Counted from the stretch's first letter, positions 1 through 10,502 are shown. The stretch is DNA of 64,000 bases from an uncultured Alphaproteobacteria bacterium (GCA_963703115.1 OY969788.1:855265-919264), one strand, 5' to 3'. Notes: generated by a model not told the origin, from the letters alone. Program-made: numbers and translations.

Positions 1-369
1 CGGATCCTCAAGGTCGATTCGATCGCGCTCGCGCTGGGCATCGGCCCGGTCGCATTGATGATCGACGGCGGCGGACTTCAGCGACTGGATGCGGCATGGC
101 TGGGAAGCTGGATGGCCCAGCAACCCGCGTTGACCCTGCGCGCGGTGCCGCGTGGTCATGCCGCTTTTGGCCGCGCTGCCGGGACGGTCCGAGCGCAGGC
201 GCTGATCCCGATCCACTGCGGTTCGGGCCTGCCCAGCGGCCTGCTTGCGCTTGGCCAGCGCAAATCGATCGCGATCGAGGATTCGCACGGGGGCGAATTG
301 CTACGGTTCCTTGGCGACTCGCTTGGCGCTATCATCGCCCGGTGGCTGACCGAGACGAACCAGCGTTAA
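1..369 (+). CDS. DUF484-family protein, 3' part (5' end outside window)
   Basis: Frame 1 is open from nt 1 to TAA 367-369; the ORF track lists it only from 55. It lies directly upstream of and overlaps xerC, the usual DUF484-xerC arrangement in Alphaproteobacteria. The family call rests on context, not on a motif I can verify. Confidence 0.4.
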   Translation, partial: RILKVDSIALALGIGPVALMIDGGGLQRLDAAWLGSWMAQQPALTLRAVPRGHAAFGRAAGTVRAQALIPIHCGSGLPSGLLALGQRKSIAIEDSHGGELLRFLGDSLGAIIARWLTETNQR

Positions 370-1276
370 GCGCCCACCCGGCGAGCATTCTGGCCGCGAA
401 CTGGGAGCAGTTCCTCGCCCACGACCGACGCTGTTCGCCCCATACCGTGCGCGCCTATGTCGCCACTGCCGGACGCCTGATCGCCTTTCTGGGGGAGCAT
501 CTGGGAACGAGGGTCGGCGAGCGTGAATTGCAAGCGATCGATTCCGCTGATCTTCGCGCGTTCCTAGCACGCAGGCGTGCCGATGGCCTTGGCGCGGCAT
601 CGACTGCACGCGAATTGTCCGGCGTGCGCGCCTTCTTGCGCTATGCGGCGCGCAGCGACGGACGCGAGGCCAATTTACCGCGCACCCGCGCTCCCAAGCG
701 ACCGCGAACGCTGCCGCGGCCCGCTGCCCCGACCGAGGCGCTGAACCTGGCGGCAGATGCTCAGCGGGCGGCAAAAGTGCCGTGGATTGGTGCCCGGGAC
801 CTTGCAGTCCTGTTGTTGCTTTACGGAGCTGGCTTGCGAGTGGCCGAAGCGCTGTCCCTGACCGGGGCCGACTATCCACTCAGGGCTTCGGTGCGGATTA
901 CCGGAAAACGCGGGAAAACCCGGATCGTGCCGATCATCGAAAAGGTGCGCGATGCGATCGACAATTATGTTGCGCAATGCCCGTACCAGATAAAGGCGGA
1001 TGCCCCCTGTTCCGCGGCGCGCGGGGCGGTCCGCTCAATCCTGACCTGGTCCGCAGGGCGGTCGCATCGGCGCGTTGTCGGCTGGGCTTACCCGACAGCC
1101 TGACGCCGCACGCGCTTCGCCACAGCTTCGCGACCCACTTGCTGGCACGCGGGGCCGACTTGCGCGCGCTTCAGGAACTTCTTGGCCATGCCAGCCTCAG
1201 TTCAACCCAGATCTATACCAAGGTCGACGCGGCGCGCCTGCTTGACGTCTATCGCCACGCCCATCCGCGTGCGTGA
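342..1276 (+). pseudogene. xerC: tyrosine recombinase XerC, reading frame broken by a 1-nt indel
   Basis: The N-terminal part is in ORF 96..1103 ([42 protein letters not shown]). The C-terminal part is in ORF 782..1276 ([50 protein letters not shown], the catalytic R-H-R-Y region). The frames join at the C5 run 1003-1007; one more C would read [11 protein letters not shown]. Probable GTG start at 342. Confidence 0.85.
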
Positions 1277-1307
1277 CGCATTGAATTGCGACTGGATGCC
1301 GGGGATC

Positions 1308-1349
1308 GTCACGGGACGGCGATTAGTGGGGTAACCCCCGTCCCGCGAC
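1308..1349. terminator. GC-rich stem-loop between convergent xerC and the dedA-like gene
   Basis: GTCACGGGACGG (1308-1319) pairs with CCGTCCCGCGAC (1338-1349) with one mismatch and an 18-nt loop. There is no U tract, so terminator function is only plausible. Confidence 0.3.
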
Positions 1350-1436
1350 CTCGCCATGGTAGGCCGCAAACCTTGTTCAAAGCCTGCCCAGCTTCCTCAA
1401 TTTTCAGGTAACCATCGCCCGTGCCCCGGGAACTGG

Positions 1437-2039
1437 TTAGTCGCGGTGCGGCTTGTGGGAAAACACCCGCCAGGCATAAGCCCCGCCGATCGCGACCAGC
1501 ACCAGAATTGAAATCGGACCGATTACCGCCTCGATCGAGCCGTAGTGGGCACCCAGTTGTGCCCCCAAGAAGGCAAGCATCGCCGTCCACAAAGCGGTGC
1601 CGATCAGCGAGGCGAGGAAAAACGACCGGAAGCGCATGTCGAGGAGGCCCGCGGGGACCGATATCAGGCTTCGCGCGGTCGGCACCACGCGCCCGACCAG
1701 TACGAAGGCCGACCCATGCCGTTCGAACCAGTCGTGGGCTTTCTCAATATCTTTCCAGCCAATTCCCAGCCAGCGCCCCCAACGCTTGATGAACGGCTTT
1801 AGTCGCTGCGTTCCAAGCGCCCGGGCGGCAAGGTACCAAAGGATGTTGCCGAGCATTGCCCCGGCTGTACCCGCGGCAATGACACCGGCCATGTTCATTT
1901 GCCCGCGTTGGGCGGCAAGGCCCGCGACCGGCATGATTAGCTCGGATGGAATGGGTGGGAACACGGTCTCCAGGAACATCAGGAAGCCAATTCCAAGATA
2001 GCCCGATTGTTCGATCAGGCGAACGATCCAGTCGCTCAT
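1437..2039 (-). CDS. DedA-family (VTT/SNARE-associated domain) inner-membrane protein
   Basis: 200-aa ORF. The N-terminus GYLGIGFLMFLETVFPPIPSELIMPVAG and the later GRVVPTARSLISVPAG are typical of the DedA family. It has several hydrophobic helices. Confidence 0.85.
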   Translation of the reverse strand: MSDWIVRLIEQSGYLGIGFLMFLETVFPPIPSELIMPVAGLAAQRGQMNMAGVIAAGTAGAMLGNILWYLAARALGTQRLKPFIKRWGRWLGIGWKDIEKAHDWFERHGSAFVLVGRVVPTARSLISVPAGLLDMRFRSFFLASLIGTALWTAMLAFLGAQLGAHYGSIEAVIGPISILVLVAIGGAYAWRVFSHKPHRD

Positions 2040-2986
2040 TGCGATTTGATCCGACGTTCGATCGCATTCCAGATCGTTGCTGCGGTGTTGGTGCCATTGA
2101 ACCCGTCCATCGCCACGATCCCGGTCGGCGAGGTGACGTTGATTTCGGTCATCAGGCCGCCGATTACGTCGATTCCGACGAACAGCAGACCACGTTTCTT
2201 GAGTTCGGGACCCAAGGCGGCGCAGATTTCCTGCTCACGCGCGGACAATTGGGTGACTTCGGCACTCCCGCCGGCGGCGAGGTTGGAGCGAAATTCCCCC
2301 TGCGCCGGGCGGCGGTTGATCGCGCCCGCGACTTCGCCATCGACTAGGATGATCCTTTTGTCTCCGTCGGCAATCGCCGGAAGGAACGCCTGCACGATGA
2401 ACGGTTCCTTGGCGATGGCGCTGAACAATTCGGCAAGCGCGGCAAGATTGGTGCCCTCTTTGTCGATCCGGAACACGCCTTCGCCGGCCTTGCCGTGGAG
2501 CGGCTTTACGACCACCTCGCCATGCTTGGCGTGGAAGGCGCGGATTTCGCTCATGTCGCGACTGATGAGGGTCGGCGGCATGAACTCGGCAAAGTCGAGG
2601 ACGAAGAGCTTTTCCGGCGCGTCGCGGACGCTTCGCGGGTCGTTGACAACAAGGGTCTCGCGCGCCACGCGCTCAAGCAGATAGGTAGCCGTGATATAGC
2701 CGATGTCAAACGGCGGATCCTGCCGCATCAGTACGACGTCGACGTCGCTGCCAAGGTCGATGCTGACCGGCTGGTCGAACGAGAAATGATCTCCTGCGAC
2801 CGGTCTCACGCGCACCGGGTGAGCGGCCGCGCGCACCCTTCCGTCTTCGTACGTCAGATCGCCAGCGCCATAATGGAACAGCTGGTATCCGCGCTCCTGC
2901 GCTTCGAGCATCAGCGCGAACGTGGAATCTCCGGCGATGGAAATGCGCTCCATCGGGTCCATCTGAACGGCGATCCTAAGGTTCAT
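2036..2986 (-). CDS. gshB: glutathione synthetase
   Basis: 316-aa ORF with the prokaryotic GshB pattern (MDPMERISIAGDSTFALMLEAQERGY, VLMRQDPPFD, ATP-grasp C-terminal half). Its 4-nt stop/start overlap with the downstream gene suggests an operon. Confidence 0.9.
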   Translation of the reverse strand: MNLRIAVQMDPMERISIAGDSTFALMLEAQERGYQLFHYGAGDLTYEDGRVRAAAHPVRVRPVAGDHFSFDQPVSIDLGSDVDVVLMRQDPPFDIGYITATYLLERVARETLVVNDPRSVRDAPEKLFVLDFAEFMPPTLISRDMSEIRAFHAKHGEVVVKPLHGKAGEGVFRIDKEGTNLAALAELFSAIAKEPFIVQAFLPAIADGDKRIILVDGEVAGAINRRPAQGEFRSNLAAGGSAEVTQLSAREQEICAALGPELKKRGLLFVGIDVIGGLMTEINVTSPTGIVAMDGFNGTNTAATIWNAIERRIKSQ

Positions 2987-3017
2987 CGGGTTGAGCTAGG
3001 CGAGGGCCGCGCCTTTG

Positions 3018-3368
3018 TCATCCCTGCCACACGTCGGGCACGTGCCTGGGCCAGCGTCCCGGAAGGACGAATATTGCATCGATTCGGGTCTCATCGCCAT
3101 CACGGCCATAGCGCTGGATGAGTTGTTCGGCGGCCACCGCCACCCGGCGCAAGCGATAATGGTCCAGTGCAAAACGCGCGCTTTCCTCGCTTGCGCGCGC
3201 CTTGACCTCGACGAACGCAAGGGTGCGTCCGCGTCGGGCGACGATGTCGATTTCTCCGCCGCGCGCCTTGACCCGGCGCGCAAGAATCCGCCAGCCCTTG
3301 AGGCGCAGTGCCCAGCAGGCCAGCGTTTCGGCCTTGCGACCGCGCCGCTCTGCCTGGCGGCGGCTCAT
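3018..3368 (-). CDS. yraN: YraN-family endonuclease (UPF0102)
   Basis: 116-aa ORF. GRKAETLACWALRLKGWRILARRVKARGGEIDIVARRGRTLAFVEVKAR matches the YraN signature. It lies downstream of rsmI, the conserved arrangement. Confidence 0.8.
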   Translation of the reverse strand: MSRRQAERRGRKAETLACWALRLKGWRILARRVKARGGEIDIVARRGRTLAFVEVKARASEESARFALDHYRLRRVAVAAEQLIQRYGRDGDETRIDAIFVLPGRWPRHVPDVWQG

Positions 3369-4198
3369 CGCGACAAGTGGAGCGCCCGGGCGTAGGCGCG
3401 CTTTCGCGGGATCAAGAGCAAATCGGCAACCTCGGCGGCAGCGCGCGAGGGTGAAAGACGGGTCAGCGCCTCGCCCAGCGCGGAGTCAATTTCGGCATCG
3501 CTGGCTGCGGCGCGTTCCGACGGTGGGCCGACCACGATCACGATTTCGCCCTTGGGCGGCGCTTCGGCGTATCGCGCTGCAAGCTCGTCCAGCCGGCCGG
3601 TAACGCATTCCTCGTGCAGCTTGGTGAGTTCACGCGCCACCGCAGCATCGCGACTGCCCAGGCCTTGCGACAATGCCGAAAGGCAATCGGCAAGGCGCGG
3701 GCCGCTTTCGTATAACACCAGGCTGGCACGCAGTCCTGCGACCTCTGCGATTGCATCGGCGCGGGCCTTGGCCTTGGCGGGCAGGAAGCCAAGGAACAGG
3801 AAACGGTCGGTAGGAAGGCCGGACACGGCCATTGCAGCAATCGCGGCGCACGGGCCCGGCACCTGGTGCACGCTCAGGCCGCGTTCGCGCGCGGCGCGCA
3901 CCAATTTGTAGCCTGGGTCGGAGATGAGCGGTGTCCCGGCGTCGCTGACCAGAACGACCGCCTGCGATGCAATGAGGTCGAGCACCCCGTCGCGCTGGGC
4001 ATCGCTGGAATGATCGTCGTAGCGGCGCATTTGCGCTTTCGCGCCGACATGGGCGAGCAGCTTTGCGGTCACCCGCGTGTCCTCGGCAAGGATCAGGTCT
4101 GCGGCCTTCAGAGTGGCGGCAGCGCGCGGCGATAGGTCGCCAAGGTTCCCGATCGGAGTCGCGACTAGGTGAAGCCCGGGGGCAAGCGTCTCGCTCAT
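3365..4198 (-). CDS. rsmI: 16S rRNA (cytidine1402-2'-O)-methyltransferase
   Basis: 277-aa ORF with LHLVATPIGNLGDLSPRAAATLKAADLILAEDTRVTAKLL and VSDAGTPLISDPGYKLV, the tetrapyrrole-methylase fold typical of RsmI. Confidence 0.9.
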   Translation of the reverse strand: MSETLAPGLHLVATPIGNLGDLSPRAAATLKAADLILAEDTRVTAKLLAHVGAKAQMRRYDDHSSDAQRDGVLDLIASQAVVLVSDAGTPLISDPGYKLVRAARERGLSVHQVPGPCAAIAAMAVSGLPTDRFLFLGFLPAKAKARADAIAEVAGLRASLVLYESGPRLADCLSALSQGLGSRDAAVARELTKLHEECVTGRLDELAARYAEAPPKGEIVIVVGPPSERAAASDAEIDSALGEALTRLSPSRAAAEVADLLLIPRKRAYARALHLSR

Positions 4199-5322
4199 GC
4201 GGCGGCCTCGGCAGCGGTAAGTGCGATCCGGCCCAGGATATGATCGAGTAGGGGGCGCCCGGCACGGGTCAGGCCGATGCGGCAGTCATTTCGCCACACG
4301 TGCCCGCTCATGACCAGCCGATCAATCTCGGCCCAATCAATCGCGAGTGCGTCCGCTTCGACCCCTTCCGTGAGCCGCAGGCCCATCACCAGTGTCTCGT
4401 CGGCGCGCTGGGCGGGCGACAGGGCCGCCTGTTCGACCATGCCGTGGCCATTGCGCGCTACAGCATTAAGAAAATTCTCGGGTTTCTTGTGACGAAGCGT
4501 GCGCATTCCGCCGCGCCGACCATGGGCGCCGGGTCCGATCCCGGCATAATCGCCATAGCGCCAATAGGTCAGGTTGTGTCGGCTCTGGGCGCCAGGACGG
4601 GCATGGTTGGAAATCTCGTAGGCGGGCAGTCCCGCTGCTTGAGTCAGGTCCTGGGTAACTTCGAACAGGTCGACGCTGCAATCTTCGTCGAGCGGCGCGA
4701 ATTTCGCCTTTGCGACATCGGTTGCAAAGCGCGTTCCGGGCTCGATCGTCAGTTGGTAGAGCGACAAATGCTCGGTGCCGAGCGAAAATGCGCGGTGAAG
4801 GTCGGCTTCCCAACCCTCGATCGTGTCGCCCGGAAGCGCAGTGATGAGGTCGAAGCTGACCCGGTCGACAGTGGTCTGCGCAATTTCGAGTGCGGCGAGA
4901 CCTTCGGCCGCCGAATGCGCCCGCCCAAGGAACGCCAGCTTCTCGTCGTGGAAGCTTTGCAGCCCAAGACTGATCCGGTTGACCCCGGCGTGCGCCAGGT
5001 CGGCAAAGCGCGCAGCCTCCGCGCTATTCGGATTGGCCTCCAGCGTGATTTCGCAATCGTCGGAAAGTGACCAGTGTCTACCTGCGCCTTCGATCACTGC
5101 GGCAACGGTCGCCGGGTCCATCAGGCTGGGGGTTCCGCCGCCGAAAAAGATGCTGGTCAGCTGGCGTCCCGGAAGCAGCGCTGCTTCGTGCGCCAAATCG
5201 GCGAGCAGTGCGGAGCGCCATAGGTCCTGGTTAACGCTATCGCGGACGTGGCTGTTAAAGTCGCAATACGGGCACTTGCTGACGCAAAACGGCCAGTGAA
5301 CGTAAAGGGCTAGGCCCGCCAC
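4195..5322 (-). CDS. hemW: radical SAM heme chaperone HemW (HemN-like)
   Basis: 375-aa ORF. LYVHWPFCVSKCPYCDFNS carries the CxxxCxxC radical SAM motif in the HemW/HemN-like context. Confidence 0.9.
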   Translation of the reverse strand: MAGLALYVHWPFCVSKCPYCDFNSHVRDSVNQDLWRSALLADLAHEAALLPGRQLTSIFFGGGTPSLMDPATVAAVIEGAGRHWSLSDDCEITLEANPNSAEAARFADLAHAGVNRISLGLQSFHDEKLAFLGRAHSAAEGLAALEIAQTTVDRVSFDLITALPGDTIEGWEADLHRAFSLGTEHLSLYQLTIEPGTRFATDVAKAKFAPLDEDCSVDLFEVTQDLTQAAGLPAYEISNHARPGAQSRHNLTYWRYGDYAGIGPGAHGRRGGMRTLRHKKPENFLNAVARNGHGMVEQAALSPAQRADETLVMGLRLTEGVEADALAIDWAEIDRLVMSGHVWRNDCRIGLTRAGRPLLDHILGRIALTAAEAAA

Positions 5323-5325
5323 GGA

Positions 5326-5937
5326 TCAGCCCTTCAACGCTGCCACGAACTTGGTGAAGGCATCGGCGCGGTGGCTCATGGCGTGCTTTTGCGCCGGGTC
5401 CATTTCACCAAAGCTATGCTGGTGCCCGTTGGGGACGAACATCGGATCGTAGCCAAAACCCTTGTCGCCGCGCGGCGGCCAGATCAGCGTGCCGTCGACT
5501 CGGCCTTCGAAGGTTTCGGCCTGTCCGTCTTCGGGCCAGGCAATGGCAAGCGCGCAGGCGAAATGCGCGTCGGTGGACGGTTCCTCGCCGGTGTTGTGCA
5601 CGGCGTCCCAAACGCGTTTCATCGCCCGCATCCAGTCCCGCTTCCCGTCTTCGTCTTCGGCCCAGCGCGCCGAGTAAATCCCCGGGTTGCCGTGGAGCGA
5701 ATCGACTGCCAGCCCGCTGTCGTCGGCAAGTGCCGGAAAGCCCGAAAGGTCGGCCGCCTGCCGCGCCTTCAGATCGGCGTTGTCGGCGAAGGTTACCCCG
5801 GTTTCTTCCGGTTCGGGCAGGTCGAGTTCGGCGGCACTTACGCATTCGACCCCGAGCGGCTCCAGCAATTGCGCAATCTCGCGCAGCTTGCCGGGATTAT
5901 GGGTCGCGATCACCAGCTTGGGGCCGATGTTCCTCAT
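5326..5937 (-). CDS. rdgB: dITP/XTP pyrophosphatase (RdgB/HAM1 family)
   Basis: 203-aa ORF with [32 protein letters not shown] and FGYDPMF. It is adjacent to rph and hemW, as in many proteobacteria. Confidence 0.9.
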   Translation of the reverse strand: MRNIGPKLVIATHNPGKLREIAQLLEPLGVECVSAAELDLPEPEETGVTFADNADLKARQAADLSGFPALADDSGLAVDSLHGNPGIYSARWAEDEDGKRDWMRAMKRVWDAVHNTGEEPSTDAHFACALAIAWPEDGQAETFEGRVDGTLIWPPRGDKGFGYDPMFVPNGHQHSFGEMDPAQKHAMSHRADAFTKFVAALKG

Positions 5938-6662
5938 GCCGCATTCCCGTTGCCGGTGGCCTTGAGTTGGGCCGCAAAGATGTCGGCGCAGCCGATCCGG
6001 GCAAGCCGGAGTAGGCGAAGCAGCGATTCCTCGTCGAAGGTTGCGCCCTCGGCAGTCAATTGCGCCTCAACAATATTGCCATCGCCGGTAAGCACGAAAT
6101 TCCCGTCCGAATGGGCGTTACTGTCCTCGTCATAATCGAGGTCGAGGACCGGCGTTCCCTCGTAAATCCCGCAGCTAACCGCCGCGACCTGGGTGAGAAT
6201 GGGATCGACCTTGAGCGCTCCGGACGCGAGCAATTTGTCGATCGCGATGCGCAGCGCGACCCAACCGCCTGAAATTGAGGCGGTGCGGGTACCGCCATCG
6301 GCCTGGATGACGTCGCAATCGATAGTGATCTGGCGCTCACCGAGCTTGCCCATGTCGACGACCGCGCGCAGCGAACGGCCGATCAGGCGCTGGATTTCCT
6401 GGGTTCGGCCCGATTGCTTGCCGCGCGCTGCTTCACGGTTGCCGCGCGTGTGAGTCGCGCGGGGAAGCATCCCATATTCCGCGGTCACCCATCCTTGGCC
6501 CTTGGAGCGAAGCCACGGCGGAAGCCGTTCCTCGACGCTTGCAGTGCACAGCACCCGGGTGTCGCCGAAACTGACCAGGCACGAACCTTCGGCGTGCTTG
6601 GTGAACGCGGGCTCGAAGGTGAGGGTACGAATCTGGTCGGGTTCGCGGCCGGATGGGCGCAT
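5934..6662 (-). CDS. rph: ribonuclease PH
   Basis: [42 protein letters not shown] is near-canonical RNase PH. The ORF is open to 6671, but the conserved MRP start is at 6662. Confidence 0.92.
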   Translation of the reverse strand: MRPSGREPDQIRTLTFEPAFTKHAEGSCLVSFGDTRVLCTASVEERLPPWLRSKGQGWVTAEYGMLPRATHTRGNREAARGKQSGRTQEIQRLIGRSLRAVVDMGKLGERQITIDCDVIQADGGTRTASISGGWVALRIAIDKLLASGALKVDPILTQVAAVSCGIYEGTPVLDLDYDEDSNAHSDGNFVLTGDGNIVEAQLTAEGATFDEESLLRLLRLARIGCADIFAAQLKATGNGNAA

Positions 6663-6737
6663 GGGAAACATTCTCCTGATAATGGTCCGGCTGGCTCCCT
6701 AGACCGTTCGCTCTGGCAATCCTAGATAGCGCAGGCA

Positions 6738-7772
6738 ATGGCAGCACCCTTCCCCGAATTGACCGAGCGCATGCGCGATATCTTCGGCCTTGTGGTCGAA
6801 GCCTATCTTGATCGCGGGATTCCGGTCGGTTCCAAGGCGCTTGCCGGTAACATCAGCTTGTCGCCGGCATCGATCCGGGGGGTCATGAGCGACCTGGAAG
6901 AGCGCGGGCTGCTGACCCACCCGCATACCAGCGCTGGGCGCATTCCTACGGAAAGCGGGCTTCGCCTGTTCGTCGATGGGATCATGCAGGCGACGCGACC
7001 CGACCCTGATGAAGTGCGCGAAATCGAGCGGCGGATTTCCGCCGAGGCGCCGATCGAGGAACGGCTTGCGGCGGCTTCCGCGGCGCTTAGCGGCCTGTCG
7101 TCGTGCGCTGGGGTGGTAATGGCGCCCAAGGCCGACCTTCGCTTGAAACAACTCAGTTTCGTGCCCTTGAGCGAACGCCGCGCGCTTGCCGTGCTGGTCA
7201 GCGACGACGGGTCGGTCGAAAATCGCGTGGTGGCGTTGGACGGTGCAACCGGCGCTGCCGCTTTGGCCGAGATCAGCAATTACGTCACCGCGCGCATGGC
7301 GGGGTTTACGCTGGCCGAGGCCGGGGCTCGGCTGCGCACCGAAATCCGCGAGCGCAAGGAAGCGATCGACCATGCCGCCGCGGAACTCGTGGCCGCCGGG
7401 CTGGCCGACTGGAGCCGCGATAATTCCGAGCGCCCGGTGCTGATCGTGCGCGGCCAAGCCAATCTTATCGACGAGGCCGCCGCCGAAGACCTTGAGCGGG
7501 TGCGGCAATTGCTTGGCGAGCTTGAGGATACGCAGGAAATTGCGCGCCTTCTGGAGGGCGCACGCGATGCGCCGGGTTGCCGCGTGTTTATTGGCAGCGA
7601 GAATCGGATGTTCGCACTTTCAGGCTCGTCGGTGATCGCTGCCCCCTATCGCGGGAGCCAGGGCCAGGTGATCGGCGTTGTCGGTGTAATCGGGCCGACG
7701 CGGTTGAATTATGCGCGGGTGGTTCCCATGGTGGATTTCACGGCGAAAACGCTAACGAGATTGATGAGATGA
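6738..7772 (+). CDS. hrcA: heat-inducible transcription repressor HrcA
   Basis: 344-aa ORF. It has an N-terminal winged helix (LTERMRDIFGLVVEAYLDRGIPVGSKALA, SPASIRGVMSDLEERGLL). The ATGA overlap with grpE gives the conserved hrcA-grpE operon. Confidence 0.92.
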   Translation: MAAPFPELTERMRDIFGLVVEAYLDRGIPVGSKALAGNISLSPASIRGVMSDLEERGLLTHPHTSAGRIPTESGLRLFVDGIMQATRPDPDEVREIERRISAEAPIEERLAAASAALSGLSSCAGVVMAPKADLRLKQLSFVPLSERRALAVLVSDDGSVENRVVALDGATGAAALAEISNYVTARMAGFTLAEAGARLRTEIRERKEAIDHAAAELVAAGLADWSRDNSERPVLIVRGQANLIDEAAAEDLERVRQLLGELEDTQEIARLLEGARDAPGCRVFIGSENRMFALSGSSVIAAPYRGSQGQVIGVVGVIGPTRLNYARVVPMVDFTAKTLTRLMR

Positions 7773-8314
7773 GCGACGAGAACAATATGCACGACGAGGC
7801 CGAAGAGCTGCGCGAGGAAACCGCTGCGGAGGCCCCCGAACTTGCCGAGCACGACCGGGTGGCAGAACTGCAACAAGCGGTCGAGGAAGCTCAGGCCAAG
7901 GCGCTTTATGCCGCCGCCGAATTGCAGAATGCGCGTCGGCGGATGGAAAAGGAGATGGCCGACACCCGAAGCTATGCCGCGGCGGGATTTGCGCGCGACA
8001 TGCTTGCAGTCCGCGATCATCTTCAGCGTGCGATCGACCATGTTCCGCAAGGCGCACGAGAAGGCGAGATGGCGAATTTCATCGGCGGGGTCGAAGCGAC
8101 CCTTCGCGAAATCGATTCGGTGTTCGGGCGCAACGGCATCGAGAAGGTCCCGGCCAAGGGAATGCCGCTCGATCCCAACCTTCACCAGGCAATGGTCGAA
8201 ATCCCTACCGACGATTCCGAACCGGGCACGATCATCGAGGAGATGCAGGCCGGCTACAAGATGAAGGACCGGCTGCTTCGCCCGGCGATGGTCGGGGTGG
8301 CTCGCAAGCCCTAG
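7769..8314 (+). CDS. grpE: nucleotide exchange factor GrpE
   Basis: The ATG at 7769 overlaps the hrcA stop (ATGA). It has an acidic N-terminus and a coiled coil, then NARRRMEKE, FARDMLAVRDHL, DPNLHQAM and YKMKDRLLRPAMV, all typical of GrpE. Confidence 0.9.
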   Translation: MSDENNMHDEAEELREETAAEAPELAEHDRVAELQQAVEEAQAKALYAAAELQNARRRMEKEMADTRSYAAAGFARDMLAVRDHLQRAIDHVPQGAREGEMANFIGGVEATLREIDSVFGRNGIEKVPAKGMPLDPNLHQAMVEIPTDDSEPGTIIEEMQAGYKMKDRLLRPAMVGVARKP

Positions 8315-8329
8315 GCGCTTGCCGCCGTG

Positions 8330-9640
8330 CTAGAACGGGAAATAATGCTGGATCGCGATCACCCCGGCGGCCCAGGTGACAATGTTGAGCGGTAAGCCGA
8401 CCTTCAGGAAATCAACGTAATTATAGCGTCCCATCTGGTAGACGAGGACGTTGGTCTGATACCCGAACGGCGTTGCAAAGGACGCACTTCCCGCCATCAT
8501 CACCGCGATCAGGAAAGGGCGGGGGCTGACCCCCAGGCTTTGCGCCAGCGACACCGCAAGCGGGGTAATCAGCACCGCCACGGTGGCATTGGATAGCAAT
8601 TCGGTCAGGAACAAGGTCGCGCCATAAAGTCCGATCAAGGCCCACAGCGGCGGGAGATTGTCGAGCCCGCCGACCATCCACCGGGTGGCCGACCCGGCAA
8701 GGCCGGTTTCTTCCAGCGCAATCCCAAGGACGACCATCCCTGCGATCAGCATCAGAACTTCGGGCCTAAGCCCCTGATAGGCCTCGTCGGCGCTTAGAAC
8801 CCGCAGCAGGATAAGAAGGACCGCACCGGCAAATGCACAAGCGGCAATCGGCGCGACGTTCAGCGCTGCAGCGGTAATGACGCCGATGAACACCAGTCCC
8901 GCAATCACGGCCTTGCCCAGTTGCAGTTTGCGGTCCTTGGCAAAGGCCTGGACGGTGCCAAGCTGGCCGCCGGCGAGCCCGGCTTCTCCGGGCTTGTCGG
9001 GCATATCGCCGACTTCCCCGTCAGGGTGGGCACGAGCCAGCAATCGCTGTCCGATGAGTACCAGGTAGAGCCCGCCGGCAAGCGCAATCCACAGGCCGAC
9101 CGGGGTCATTTCGAACATCCCGAAATTGGGCTGGCCCGAAACGCGCGCCATGTCGTTGACGAGCAGGTTTGTCGAGGTTCCGATGAGCGTGCAGCAACCG
9201 CCCATCACGGCCGCATAGGAAAGTGGCATAAGGAACGTTTGCGGCTTCAGTTTCAACGCGGTCGCGACATCGCGGATGACGGGCGCGCTCAAGACCACGA
9301 TCGGCGTGTTGTTGAGGAACGCGGACGCTGCGCCGCAGATCCCGATCATGTACCAGATACCGGCCCGGCCAAAGCGCTTGCCAAGCGCGATCCCGCGATG
9401 GATCGCGGTGTCGAGAAGACCCGACAATTCCATCGCATAGGCAATCACGAATAGTGAGGCGAGTGCGATGATGGCCGGACTGGCGAAGGCGCTCTGCACC
9501 TCTACCGGACGGACTGCACCACTTACCAGAAGCACCGCTGCGCCGGTCAAGGCGACGACATCGGCGCGTCCTCTTTCAAAGATCAGTGCGCCAACAACCG
9601 CACCGAGCACGGCCAGCGTAATTAGTTGGTCCGCTGGCAC
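8330..9640 (-). CDS. SLC13/DASS-type anion permease (CitMHS/ArsB fold), without TrkA-C insert
   Basis: 436-aa polytopic membrane ORF with two homologous halves joined by a short hydrophilic linker. The N- and C-terminal motifs resemble SLC13-family permeases. Substrate unknown. Confidence 0.7.
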   Translation of the reverse strand: MPADQLITLAVLGAVVGALIFERGRADVVALTGAAVLLVSGAVRPVEVQSAFASPAIIALASLFVIAYAMELSGLLDTAIHRGIALGKRFGRAGIWYMIGICGAASAFLNNTPIVVLSAPVIRDVATALKLKPQTFLMPLSYAAVMGGCCTLIGTSTNLLVNDMARVSGQPNFGMFEMTPVGLWIALAGGLYLVLIGQRLLARAHPDGEVGDMPDKPGEAGLAGGQLGTVQAFAKDRKLQLGKAVIAGLVFIGVITAAALNVAPIAACAFAGAVLLILLRVLSADEAYQGLRPEVLMLIAGMVVLGIALEETGLAGSATRWMVGGLDNLPPLWALIGLYGATLFLTELLSNATVAVLITPLAVSLAQSLGVSPRPFLIAVMMAGSASFATPFGYQTNVLVYQMGRYNYVDFLKVGLPLNIVTWAAGVIAIQHYFPF

Positions 9641-9700
9641 CGTCCATCAATCTCCTTCGTGGCCCACGCACTCGCGGAGCGAGGCCAATTGTGGCACAGT

Positions 9701-10498
9701 ATGCCGATGTCGCACAGTCCGTCCAACAATCCGCTTGTACTTTGCGCGTTTCTGCCACTCCTTGTCGCGGCCTGTTCGGGAGGGAAACCGGAAGACGAGA
9801 ACGTCGCCGCTCCGCCCTCGGTCGATGCCCCGGCACCGGTCAAACGTGAGATTCCGCTGCCCGATTTGGCGCTGGATCGCGAAAGCCTGTTGGTGACCAT
9901 GCTGACGGCCGCCGGAAGTGCGATGACCGGGCTGGACGACGAGGAAGCTCAAAAGGCGCTCAACGGGCGCCGGTTCGAGCTTCGGATGCGCTTCGGTTGT
10001 CCCGGCGCCGACCCTGCCGCCACGAGACGCTGGAGTTTCGATCAGAAATCCGATGCGCTGAAAGTGACCGTAAAGCCCGATCTGTCGATCGAGGTGCCGG
10101 GGGCGGACGAAGATACCAAGCCGACCACCCTGAGTGGTTTTTCGGTGCCGCGCCCGCTGTTACTCGCCAACGGTTGCCCGCTTCCAGAATATCGCGGGAT
10201 CGACCCGGGTGCGCGGATCAACTTTGCGCTTGTCCAGGCGGCCGATCCCGACGCGCCGCGTGCTCGCGCCCTTCTTGCAAGCTATGACATCGTCAAGAAA
10301 ATCTCCCCCGAAGCCGCACCGAACGGCGGTCTCGACCTGTTCCTGAGCGGCCGGATCGAGGCGGACACGCAGGGCAGGACCATTACCTGTTCGCCAGCGG
10401 GTGGACAGGTTCGGTGCCTTGCCCGTGCGACCTTTGACCGGATCGCAATCGAAGATCCCGCCAGTTCGACTTTGGTCGCCGAATGGAGCGCGAACTGA
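9701..10498 (+). CDS. hypothetical lipoprotein
   Basis: The ATG at 9701 gives MPMSHSPSNNPLVLCAFLPLLVAACSGG, a signal peptide with an L-V-A-A-C lipobox. I recognise no family. Confidence 0.55.
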   Translation: MPMSHSPSNNPLVLCAFLPLLVAACSGGKPEDENVAAPPSVDAPAPVKREIPLPDLALDRESLLVTMLTAAGSAMTGLDDEEAQKALNGRRFELRMRFGCPGADPAATRRWSFDQKSDALKVTVKPDLSIEVPGADEDTKPTTLSGFSVPRPLLLANGCPLPEYRGIDPGARINFALVQAADPDAPRARALLASYDIVKKISPEAAPNGGLDLFLSGRIEADTQGRTITCSPAGGQVRCLARATFDRIAIEDPASSTLVAEWSAN

Positions 10499-10502
10499 AG
10501 GT

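Noticed and set aside
342-1276. Tyrosine recombinase as the integrase of a mobile element or of the RiPP island
   Set aside because: It is paired with DUF484, as the chromosomal dimer-resolution recombinase XerC typically is. It lies 42 kb from the island with core genes on both sides.
6672-6737. Expected CIRCE operator (TTAGCACTC-N9-GAGTGCTAA) or a sigma32 promoter upstream of hrcA
   Set aside because: No CIRCE-like inverted repeat is present. There is only a CCTAGA direct repeat, and a poor match to a sigma32 -10 element, which is not enough to call.
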